Position numbers and translations under genes: made by a program. DNA of 64,000 nucleotides from Vicugna vicugna (Eukaryota): assembly GCA_013265495.1 (NCBI GenBank), contig MU058714.1, positions 1,056,001-1,120,000 on the forward strand, read 5' to 3'. The first letter of the stretch is position 1; each line of letters begins with the position of its first letter. The notes under the pieces were generated by a model, which had not been told where the DNA came from, did not search any database, and saw nothing but the letters and a program-made list of their open reading frames with translations. Of the stretch, positions 10,601 to 22,600 are shown one piece after another.

Positions 10601-13600
10601 CCACTCCAGAGGGTGGAGAGACCAAGCGCTTTTCGAAGACGGTACAGGCTTCGCCTTCTCCAGGAGGGGCCCACGGGGCCTCTCAACATCCCGCTGCTCA
10701 GGGTCGTTAGGCTCGGACCTGCCAGGTGAGGGCAGAACCGCTGGGGAGCAGTGGGACAGGGCAGCTTAAGGCCCAGCTGGAGCCACCAGCAATTTCTGCT
10801 CCTGGTACAGACGAGGGTGCCTATGGGGCGAGCGGAAAGGGGCGGGGCCAGCAGGTCCTGGGCAAGTCGTGTGGGCTCTGGGGAGCGCGTGGCCATCCTG
10901 GAATGCTACAGGAGGCGGGCCCTCGAGGGGTGGGTTTGGAGTAAGGACACACATGCCGGGGTGGGGGGTGGTCAAGGAGTGCGTGAGGCTGAGGTGGGAG
11001 GGACCTCGCAGAAGAGGAGGGGTGCTGACGTTAGGACCCGGGCCCCGTCCCACGCCCATCGGGCTGGCTGCCGCCGAGAACTTGGGGCCTGGGGGGCGGG
11101 GGTCTGCGCAGCAGGAAGGGGCTCTCAGGCCTCAGCCTTGTGCTAAGCGCTTTTCTAAACAGCGCAGTAAGACAGTTCTGGAAACCACCTGACTAGTGAT
11201 GGGAGAGGCGGGGTGAGCTGCGGCCAGGTCACTTCCTGGAGCCTGCAGGCCTCTGGGCACACATGGCACCGGCTGTACCCAAGCAGTGAGCGAAATTCAT
11301 CTCCTCGAGGAGGCAGCTGGGCCTGGGGGCGTGTGGAGCCTCCTCACTGCGTTTTAGGGGCTGTTGTCCCTGAGGGAGTCCTGCATTTAGTCAGGGTGGC
11401 TTCATGTGCACAGGCCCGCCATGACGCCCGGGGAGCACACGCTCTCCCAGCTGTCGGTCTGGTCAGGACCGTCGTCAGCCCGGCCATAGTGTTGACCGTA
11501 GGAAGCCGGAGGGCTCTTCCCTGGCCTTTGTCCTGCGTCCCTACAAGGCCCTCAGTCGTGCCGCTCACCCCTCGCGGTCAGCAGTGCCTCTGCCGGTGTC
11601 CAGAGCGTCCCTCCGAGGGGGGACCTTGACCACGTGGCTGTTCAGCCCTTCTGCCCACACGGGCGCTGCAGGGCCTCGCTGAGCGGGCAGCCCTGTTGTG
11701 GTCCGAGCGCAGCTCTGTCTCCCCCTCCTCTTCCGTGCTGGCTCGAGCGCTCGGCGCCCGGGTGCGCATCTCTGCCATCCCGTCAGTGCTGCTGTCCCTT
11801 CTCCGGCAGGAGCTAGTGGTGGCGCTGAGTCATCTTGTGGTTCAGTACGAGAGCAACTTCTGCACGGTGGCCCTGCAGTTCATGGAGGAGGAGAAGAACT
11901 ACCCGCTGCCCTCTCCGGCCGCCGCAGGTACGGCCCCCACAGATGCAGCCCCTGCGGGCACGCGTCTGCACGGCTCCGCCCGGCCGGGGCGACTGCTCAG
12001 GGCTGTCAGCAGGCCCCTCGGTTCTGCCGCGCCCCGAGCTCACACGTTAAGTCCAGGCTGCTCGGATTCCTGCGAGGCCCGTCTTCCTGGCAGAGCAGAA
12101 GGGGCAGGGAAGGGGTTCGCTCTGACCCTCTGACTCTTTTCCTTCTGGGGTCACAAAAGAGCACATTCTATCTTCCGTGAGAGTCCTCACGTCGGTGTCT
12201 GTCTCACGTTTTGGCAAGCCACGTCAGGCAGTTCCTTTTCTCATGCTTACCCTTTTTACCAGATTTATGTCCCGTCATCTTGGGCTGTCTCTCCCCCTGC
12301 TGCGTTCAGTCCATCAGGGAAGGGAAGCGGCCGGCGTGCCGGGGGCTAGAGGCCGGGGAGGGTCCTCTGCTCTGCTCCCGGGCAGCGGTCCTGGCACTTC
12401 AGGGGCCCCGGTGCGTGTGAGCAGCTGCAGCTGACCCCTTAGAGCAATAAGCAGGGTCCCAGCCCCCCCACGCTCCCCTCGCCTGGGCCTCACCTGGTCC
12501 AACTCTGTCCAGCTGACCCCCACACCCGTGTCAGAGACCTGCCTGCTGGGAGGCCCTACTGAAGCATCATGTCGTCCCTGGGAAAGCCACTGTCCCCTGC
12601 TGTCACGGCCACCTCCCTCCTGAGCCCCCATTAACCCTCCTCTCCCTTCTCTCCTGCCAGAGGGTGGGAGTCTGACCCCGGTGCGGGACAGCCCCTGCAC
12701 CCCCAGGCTGCGCTCCGTGAGCTCCTACGGAAACATCCGCGCCGTCACCACAGCTAGAAACCTGAACAAGTCTCTGCAGAACCTGAGCCTGACAGAGGAA
12801 TGTAAGGCCCTGGAGGCTGGGGGCTTGATGGGCGGCTCTGGGTGGTCTTCTGGAACCTTCTCTTGAACGTGCCCCCCACTTCTGCCATCTGCTAACCTGG
12901 GTGTGAGCAGAAGCCGCGGCTCAGCACCCGGGTGGCCGGCAGTCACCCTGCAGGCCTGTCGGGGCCCGGCTGCTCCTGGGGCACGCCGGCCCCGCGGAGA
13001 GCCGGGGTGGGGGCGCTCACTGACCTGCCCGCGGCGCTGTCCCGGCAGCCGGCGGCACGGTGGCCTTCTCCCCCGGGAACCTGAGCACCAGCAGCAGCGC
13101 CAGCAGCACCCTGGGCAGCCCCGAGAACGAGGAGTACATCCTCTCCTTCGAGACCATCGACAAGATGCGCCGGGTCAGCTCCTACTCCTCCCTCAACTCC
13201 CTCATCGGTGAGTCGGCCCCGCCCGCCTGCCCTGCTGCGCTGGGCCCGGTCAGCTGGAGAATCAGCACGGGGGAGTGGGGGGAGGCCAGGGGGCCGTCCT
13301 CCCAGGCGGCTGAGCCTCCTCGCCCTTCAACTCCGGTCTGACCGGGCTGTCGGGGGGAGCTAGTCGTCGCCGGAAAGGCTGCAGACCTCCCTGCTGCCCC
13401 CAAGTGGGGTCTCTGCCCCCAGGAGACACCCGGGGTGTCACACGGGACAGAGGGGCTCCTGGCGTCTGAGAGGCACGGGGCCCCCTAGAGAGTGCATGTG
13501 CGAGGTCAGAGGTCAGAGCCTTCCCTCTCAGGTTCTGGGCTGGACCGGCCGAACCCTTCTGTGCTTTCGCCTGAAGTTCCGGTGAAGGGGCAGAGTCGTC

Positions 13601-16600
13601 CGTGCTCGGCCTTGAGCGGTGTCCCAGTCCTGCTGTGGGCTCGGGAGATCCGAGGGAGGGACAGGGACGCACTCGCCATGGTGTCAGCTGTGTCCCTCGA
13701 TGATGGCGAGGTTGAGCTCACGTGTCCGCTAGGCCCCTCCGTTCCCGCTTCTGCAGTGATTTGCGCCATCAGTCACCCTCCTGTTCGGCCGCACGACCTT
13801 CATTAACGTCCGATCTTGGTTGTGTGTGCGTCTCTGTGGGAACCCGTCCACCGCAGAGCGTGCTCCGGGCGCTGGTGACAACGCGAGCTGCTTCTGACCG
13901 TCGTGATCTGCGGGGGCCGAGGGGGGGTCCCTGTGTGGCCCCAGGAAGGACTCGGGACTCCGGCTTTGATTCTGCAGGACCCGTGGGGACTGGGAGGGAC
14001 TGCAGGGTCCAGGGTTAGGGACTGTTCAACAGGCCAGAAAGGGGCTCTTTGTTCACCCAGCACTCGCACATAACAAAGAGGTCCGCTCAGAAATGCCAGC
14101 CTGTCAGTTCAAGTTGAGAAGTAACGCTGCAGGTCTGCGCATTCGGTCGTTTGCTGAAATATCCCAGGGCCCCGAAGGCAGAGCCGCGCCAGCGGAGACC
14201 CCGGCGCTGCAGGCCCACCAGCACCAGGACGTCTGGCTTGAGTGGGAACACCTTCTTTCTTTTTAAAGAATCCGGCCTTGATTTCGTTTATTTATTTATT
14301 TTAGCAGGGAGGGGGGTAATTAGGCTTATTTTTTGTTTTTAATGGAGGCCCTGGGGATTGAACCCAGGACCTCGTGCGTGCTGAGCCCGGGCTCTGCCCC
14401 GAGCTGCCCCTCCCCCTGGACTACCTTCCTTTAGCAGAGTTACGGGTCTGGTGGCTGCATCCCCAGGCTGGCCCACAGCAGTCTTTCAAACCCAGGTCTT
14501 CGTGAGCCTCAGTTCCCGTGTCTGCGTGTATGTCTGTAATGGAAACATGTATTAAGTGGTAGAGGAAAAGTGTGGGAAATAGGGGCGTGCTCACGCGCAC
14601 ACTTCCCCCCATGCGCTCCGCCTGCTGAGCCCCCACGCCTGCCCCCAGGGTCAGGCTGCAGCTGCCTTCCACCCTCCTCTGTGAAACGCCAGGTGGTGGG
14701 TATTCTCTGCTTTTTGGCTGGGACAGTGTCTGTGGTTGCAAAGTAGCCACAGACAGGGTGTGAACAAGGGAGCTGGCCATGTTCCGGTAGACTGTATTCA
14801 TGAACTGAAATTTGAATTTCATAAGGTGTTCACACGCCACAGAACCTCATTTTTCTTTCGATTTTTTTTCCCACCCACTTACAAAGTGTACAGGCCATCC
14901 TTGGTTTGCAGTGGGGAGGTTCGGCCGGGCCACGGTTCACCCGCAGGCCCGCGGGACCTGGCTGCCAAGCTTTCCCTCCTGCTCCCCTGCCTCTGGGGAC
15001 ATCCTGTGGAGACCGCCTCCTCCCGCTCTTCCTGGAACGTGGGGTCCCTTCCTTCGTTCAGCAGGTGTTTTCTCAGGGCCCCAGTGTGTGGAGGAAGGAT
15101 GCGTACGAACCCCACAGACTTTGAAGCTGGTGGCCCCAGCCCGGGGTGTCCACTCCCTACACCAAAAGCGGGCCTCCCTCCACTCAGCCAAGGGGCCCAA
15201 AGCCAGGTGTCACCTGTGACCCTCTTTGTCCCCAGAGCATCTGTCCGGCAGCCCGCCCCTCCTCCCAGCCTCCTGCCCAAGCCGCACCCTCGTCAGCCGG
15301 CCTGTCCGGGTTCTCTGAATGGCCGCCTGCCTCCGCCCCAGACCCTCGTCTGGCTGCAGCCTCCCCTTCTGTGGCTTCCAGCTGCCGTGTCGTCCGGCAC
15401 CTCCCTGTGTTCTCAGCCTCTGCAGCCTCCACTTCAGACGTGCAGCTGCTCAGCAAGAGAGGGACGTTCCACAGAGTCAGACGTGGGCTTCTGAGCACGC
15501 GTGTCACAGGGAGAGGGGCGGGTGCATCATCGTGGGGCCGCTGAGAGCAGAAGGTCCCCTGTCCTGCAGTGTTCCCTGCCCCCGGGTGTCCTCAGTGCCT
15601 CGTGGGCATCCCCGACACTAGAGGTGACCACAGAGGTCCCAGCCGCGGCATTGCCGCCATTGAGCCTGGCGGGCCCGGAGTCGGGTGCTGGTGTGCAAGG
15701 CGCACGTGCCCGGGGTGAGCGCACGGCCCCGACCCCGCCGGGGACACAGCTCGGTGTCTGACGGGTGAGTGTCGTTTTGCCCTGGCCCTGGGCTGAGGGT
15801 GTCTGGGGAAGGGTTGGTGTTTGATTGGAGGGCACGGCCACCCCTGCCAGCCCTTGCGCGTCCTTCTGGAACTTGAGAGCCCTCTTCTGCGCTCAGTCTG
15901 ACTCCTGAACATGTTTTACTGGGGAGCACTGAGTTTTATCTGGACATCGTTCAAATCTTTGAAAACTTGAGTGGAGAAGTTTCCGAATGCGCTGGGGCTC
16001 GTGGGGCGCTGGTTCGACGGAGTACCTGGACCCCGGCGCCAGCTCATTCGTATTCGGTGAGACGGCTCCCTTCCACCTGGAAGCCGCGGTGCTTACATAA
16101 GTGCTTAAAATTCGTAACCTGCACACAATCCCATTGCTTGCAACATTTGCCTATTTAGAGCCATTTTTTCTTTCATTTCAACCAAAGAACAGCAATCTCT
16201 TTAGCCTCTTTGACTGAATATTGCAGAAGAGGGTTTCAAAACCACAGCAACTAGACGTCCATTCATTCCGTCTTCTCCCAGAAGACCAGGCCCTCCCCGT
16301 CTGCTCGCGGTCTCACCTGCTGAGGGAGGTGTCATTGGAGCGAAGCCCCGCCCTCCCAGATCCCATGCGTCTGCCCGGCGTCCATAAATCTGCACGGGGA
16401 TCTGGCTCTGTGTCACCACGTTCCAGAATCTTCTTTGATGGGTCCATCCTGTGTGTCTCTTACCCACTTGGCCACCTGGCCTGACTGCCACGTGGGTCCC
16501 CCAGGCAGCCCTCTCCACCTCCGGGCCCACCCAGGATTGGGCCTCAGCTCTTGCTCCCACCACCCTCAGACTGCCGCTGCCGGGGAGGGGAGATCAGGGT

Positions 16601-19600
16601 TCAAACCCAGCACCCAGGCCAGAGCCCCCGCCCCCAGCCACGTGGACTGGGCTTGGAGAGCCTGGGGCCAGAGGAGAGCGAGGAGCTGCCCCAGGTCTGG
16701 AAAGGCCGGCACTGCCTGGATCGCCCAAGGCCCGCAGAGCCAGGCAGAGAGCTGTCCTTCCCGCGGGGCGCCTGTGGTCGGCGTCTGGCCCCTGCCCACC
16801 TCCGGAGCCTCTGCCTGCGGCTGGGGTGTCGCTGCGTCCCCCGACGTCATCGTGACTGGCCAGGAAGTAGCCTCTCCCTCCTCCCTCCCCCTTCTCCGCC
16901 TGGCGTCAGGAATCCCCAACAGAGGAGACCTTCTTGCAGCTCCGGACCCCACGGCCGGGAGCTCTGGGTGTCAGGGAGGAGCTGGAAGAGGGCAGAGCTG
17001 GGCCAAGGAGGGGAAGCCACACGCGCTGGCCGGCGGGTGGGCGGGCAGGCGCTCCGGGCCAGGCGTCGGGAGCAGCGCTGGTTACGATGCTGCGCGTTCT
17101 CTGTGTTTCTGTGGCCAAAACCCTGGATCGAAGGCCCCCACTAAGTGCATCACCACTTGGAAAGGGCCGTGGAGACACGCTGCCCAGTGCAGCTGGGGAG
17201 CGGAGAGGGGAGCCGGAACCCCAGAGGGGCTCCGAGTCAGGCTCACCAAGACCCGGGGCGGCTTCCTGGAGAGCCCCTCGTCCCCGTCACCTGACCGAGC
17301 GCCCACGCCAGCGCCCCCAAGACCCAGCCTCCAGCACAGCTTTGCCTCCCGCCTCAGCTGCTCTCCCGCCCCGAGGGACCCCTGGGAGCCGGTTGGCCAC
17401 AGCGCCCCGAGCGAACTTCCCTGCAAAGGATGCTATTTAGAAAACTGCAGTCGTTGTTCTGAAAAATGAATCCCAAAGCCGTTAGTTACGATCTTTTATT
17501 ACTTTCAGTCTAGACACAAAAATAGGCTCTCAGCGTTTATGGGGAATTCAGGAGAGCCAGCCGGGGCCCCGTGTCCGCGCCCGGCCCCGCCCCAGCCCCG
17601 CCCCGGGCCCGCGCCCCCCGCCCTCGCTCCGGCCCGGGCTCCATGCTGCCGGGAGTCGGACCGCTGCGGTGTGGACACAGCAGATTTACAGCCAGCGTGG
17701 CTCACAGAGCAGAGTGGCCGAGAGGTGGTGGCCAGCCCGGGGAGGGGTGAGGCGGGGACAGCCCTTCCAGGCCCCGGTTCTGTGCTTTCACTGGTAAATC
17801 GTGCACCAGTCACTGTGGCCAAAGACTCACAGGAACGAGATGCTTTTGTGTCCCTGCTGAATCACAGACCGTGTGGCAGCAAAGTCAAAATCTGCAAGAA
17901 AGTCAACGGCAGAAACCGAAGCTGCAGTTTTGTAGTGACGGTAGCCGCCAGCGTGCACCCTCCCTCAGTGCCCAGACTCCCCTGGGGGGGGCCTGTGCCC
18001 CCCGGCTCTGCATCGGCCACCCCCACGTTGTGTCCCAAGGTCACCCAGCTGGGCCCCCCCACGCCACCCCGCACCCCTTCCTCACGTTTAAACCAGAGGC
18101 ACCTTGACGAAGGCCCTGTCCTGAGCCATCACCCGGTCGGGGGCTCCTTGGAGGCCCACGTCCCCCCTTCCCCACGCCGCCCGCTGCCCCGGGTCCATCA
18201 TCTGCAGTCAGGCTGAGACTCCTGCGCCCTTCGCGGGGAGGCCAGGGGCGGGAAGGGTGTGGGGAGTCTCGGAGCCTCGCGTGGGGGTGTGGTGCGGGGC
18301 GCTTCTCCCCGTCCTGAGCGAGCCGCGCCCGTGGCCGTGCTGTGTCTCGGGAGTCGGGGCCGTCCCGGCCGAGCAGGTGTGGGGTGACTTCGCCCTCCTC
18401 CTCTCTGAACACAAGAAGCAGCAGCAGCTGGCCCGCACGTCACCGAGCAGGTGCCCCCGCGGCCGGTCTGGGGGTGGCGGGGCAGCTTTTAGGAAACGTC
18501 CCTGCAGAGATTCTGGACTGACTGGCAGGCATCCCCTCAGGCTCCGTTAGTCTGGAGAGCTGCTCACATTGGAGAGTCGAGGTTTTTGTCCTGTTTCTAC
18601 ACTGAAGGGTGCGGGAGGGCCGTGCGGAGGCAGGTGCCACGTGCACCAGCCACCAGTGAGGGGTCGGCTCCTCCAGCTCCGGTGCCCTGGGGACGGGCGC
18701 GTGCAGCAGGCAGCCGCCGTGCGCATGCGGACACCGCTGTCCCCGTAGAAAGGGGCCCCGAGCCGTACCGCCTCCCGGGCGAGCGAGAGGGTGTTGGTTG
18801 AGGTGAGCTAGGACGTGTCCGTGAGGGTCCACGCCGGACTCACGTGAGAAACCGACCTTCACTCTGAACCTCCGTCCAGCCTCTCTGATCTGAACGTGTC
18901 GTGTAAAACCCGGTCCATGAACAGTGGTGTCCATCAGGGAACATGGGCCTCCGACGGCACCTCCGGTGTTTAAGTCCTTCGTGGCCCTGGCGGGGCTCCA
19001 CCAGGAGCTGGCCAGTCCGGGGGCGTGGGGTCAGGGGGCATGGGGGTCCCAGCTCGTTTCAGGCCCTCTTTTACTCCCTGCTGTTGGACAGGCACTGGCT
19101 TTTTGACAGGTTGTCCAGCTCCCCCCAGACCCAAAGGACGCGGGCATGTGGCTGGCTCCCCACCCTCCAGGTCCTGCTCTGACAGAAGGAGCCACCCTCG
19201 CCCACGGGTGTAGCTGCCAAGGCAGCCCGGGTTGTGGGGCGGTGTTGGCCTGAGGGTCAGCTGAGTGCACGTCGCAACCCTTCATCCTTTGGACGCTGGG
19301 CCTGGCTGTCCTCTGCTATGAGGCGGGGCTGATGCCTGTGGCCAGGACCGTGAGCCGCCTTCACAGGGGAGCCTGCCCCCCACGTAAACATTCCTTTTCT
19401 TCGTGACCATGATTCGCCCATCTTGTTTGTGTCCTGTCTCACCTGCCTTGGCCCCCAGTACGCAGAGGCCCTCGTGTGGAGAGCACACTCGGGAAGTGCT
19501 GGGTGCCTGGGGTCCCGGGGGCTCCTGGAGCTCGGGACGGGCCGCAGGCGGGTGTGGGCAGAAGACTGAGTGAGTCACAGAGCCCAGAGAGGCCCCAGAT

Positions 19601-22600
19601 GCAGACTCGGGGTGGACCCGGCCAATGCGCCCTGCTCGCGAGGCCACGGAGCTCCCAGAAATCTAGGCGTTAAATCAGCGCCGCTCCGGGGCTGGGCGGT
19701 GCCCTCCAGTCGCGAGGCTGCGAGGAGGTCCTGCCCCTTTCTGACTTCTCCTTCTGGAAAGATCCAGCCTCTTTAGCCCCGGGCATTCCTGAGTCTCTGG
19801 GCCCCGCACCAGGTGACAGAACCGGGCCTCTCTCAGCCCAGTTCTTTCAACTGTCTCCCCCCAGTACTTGGTCCGGTTTTCAGAAGGGGAGCCGCCCCGG
19901 CCCGCCCGGCCGCAGCGGCGGCTCGTCATGATGGAGCCTCTCCGGTTCTCTCCTAGGGGTCTCCTTCAACAGCGTCTACACTCAGATCTGGAGAGTCCTG
20001 CTGCATCTGGCTGCGGACCCCTACCCGGACGTTTCCGACTTGGCCATGAAGGTGCTCAACAGCATCGCCTACAAGGTACGTGGGGGGCGTCCCCACAGAG
20101 CTCTCGTGTCCCGGGTCCCGCTGTGACAGTCCCCGCGGGGACCGCCGGGTGCCCTCAGGCCTCCTCCACCACGGCTCAGAAACTCGGAGCAAGTGCTTCC
20201 AGCGCAGAGTCACGGGTTCCTGGCTTTCCCGCTGTGTGTGGCGGTTGGACGGTCCTCGTGGCAGTTAACCTTTCAGGAGCGGAGCAGTAGCACAGGCTGC
20301 GAAGAAGCCGTTCCTCGCGGCATTTTTAAAGATTCTCGTAACTTTCTGCTGGCGTTTCAGGCTCACAGACAAGTTGCAGGAGTACAGGGACGTGCCTCAC
20401 GGGTTAGCTTACCTGGCGTGCCCCCGTTCACATCTGAGGGGTCCTCCCCTGGTGGCCGCTTGCCTGGGGGCACAGGGCCCCTAGGAAGGCTGGCTCCTGC
20501 CTCGTGTGTGTGTGTCTGTGTGTCTGTAATCTCGTGCCTGGTACTGAAGTCTCATGGCTGTAAGCTCATCACAGCACACCTGCCCTCAGAGAGCCGTTCG
20601 TCTTAGGAGTCCCTCAGGCCCGCGAGGCAGGAACACCGTGTCATCAAGGGCCATGTGTGAAGTGTGCAGCTATGAGCCAGAAATGCCCCTCACCCCACCT
20701 CAGGGCGATCAAACACCCTTTGTCTAGTCTCCCGTCGCCCCCCAGCTCTGCCAGCAGATCACAGTGACCCGGGACACAGCCTCGTGCCTTCAGCACAGCG
20801 CTGTCCGCCCAAGCCCTAGGAGCGCTCGGCAAAGTGGCACGTGGCCCCCTGCCCGCCACGCTGACCTCAGGTGACACACCCAGTGCGCGCGCAGCTGGCC
20901 CGCCCACAGGCACGCCCACACTGAGGGTGGAGAGCAGAGCGGGCCGCCTGGAGCTTGTGCCCTGGGAGAGCTGGCAGGGGCACAGCACAGGCTGCGTGTG
21001 TGCGTGCGTGCGTGTTTTAAGAGTAAACATTGCTACTGAGGAATCTAGCAGCATGAACGCTAAGGAAATCCTTTCTTGTCCCCAATTTAGTTTCAGAACA
21101 CGTCTTTCTTCTCTGGTAACCAAAGAGGGGCTGCATTTCAATTCGCAGGGAACAGGCCTATTTTAGATATTTGAGTCTGAAGCCAAGGTTTTATTCATCA
21201 AAGTCACGACAGCCCGGTTGCTCCGCGACGCCCCAGAGTTCTGCATCCAGACACAGGCGTCGCTACCAGCCGCCTGTGTAGGAATCCGCACAGCTCACCT
21301 TTAGCCCAACTTCCGCGGGCTTGGGGTTTGGGTTTTGCTTGTAGTTTTCTTGTGGAAAGTTTCAAACCACGTAGAGGTGAAGAGCAGAGGCTAATGCCCC
21401 GGGACCGGGCCAGCCCCACAGCGCCCCCTCGGGCCACTCCTGCCGCCCGGGGCTCGGGGGCACTGGGAGCGACGCTTCCGCTGCGGCTGTTCAGACGTCA
21501 GGGGCACGTGTCGTAATAATCACTACTTTTAATATTTACAAGAAGGTTCATAAACATACAAACTCACTTAAAAATTGTGCCGTGACCACCAGGAGCCGCG
21601 TCTGCTGCTGGGCGTGTGCCGCGCCACGTGCTGGAAATCAGAGGTTAACACTTACTTACAGGCAGAGCCAGCGGCCTGAGTCACTAGTAAATGAAACAGG
21701 GGTTGAGATACCCAGGAAAGCATGCTCCGAAGTACCGCCAGAACCTGAGGTCACACGTTCAGTCTTGCTGACCCGTCGCGGGCTTACGTTATTTACCTGG
21801 GAAGCGCAGCTCACAGAAGACCCCCTCTTTGGGTCAGCAGAGCCACGTGCTGTCACAGGTGTCCGTTTTCAGGTCAGGCGGCCAGTGCGGCCTGCCTCGC
21901 GCTCAGCCCAGAGCCGACTGTGGACAGTCTCTTGGGGCCCCTCACATGTGGATCCAGACCCTCAGTGTGCGGTTAACAGGCACACTCTTGAAACAAACAC
22001 TCCAGCCCCCGAGAGCCGCCCGAAGCCCCCATCGGCGTCCGCAACCCCGACTGTTCTGAGATGCAGTTGGGAAATGCGCCGTCCTGTGGCCCACGTTCCC
22101 GTGGGATGTTTTCCCTGCCCTGGATCGGGCTTTCTCGTGTCCACGTGAGGCAGCGTGGTCGAGCTGACGAGCTCAGAGTAAAGAAGGCACTCGGGGGGCT
22201 GGAGACCCCCCCATGAACTGTGTGGGGCAGGGAGCAGAGGCAGGGCTGGGGTGTGCGCGTGTGTGTGTGCATGCCTGTGTGCCCGTGTCCCTGCAAATTG
22301 GGCTGAGAGGATACAGCTGCCCCAAGGGTCTGCCTTCTAACCGGATGCTTGCCGCCCTCTGAAAGGTGACCTGTCACCACCGTTGCGACCCCCCTCTGTT
22401 CCTCTCTTCTGTCCTTGAGCCTTATCAGGAAGGGACGTCTTGGTGTGTCTGCTGGTCCAGGGCGTCCAGGGCAGCGTCAGGGAGGTGACAGGGAGTTGCC
22501 GCACGAGAAGGACGGGTGGGTGGCCAGCGGGGCTCACGTGGGGCCCTGGGGTCCTGCAGACCCGCGCTGCATCATCCTCAGCTTGCAGCTCCGACCCTGG

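Noticed and set aside
16435..17469. 344-aa ORF and many other 150-300 aa intronic ORFs (e.g. 4085-4990, 25062-25922, 58105-58911)
   Set aside because: Pro/Gly/Arg/Ala-rich, no recognisable domains and overlapping in several frames on both strands; expected from stop-codon scarcity in GC-rich DNA
17643..17793. ATG after the GC-box cluster as an alternative first coding exon for a short Raptor
   Set aside because: The frame hits TGA at 17748-17750, and the donor at 17747 gives phase 2, whereas exon 21 needs phase 1
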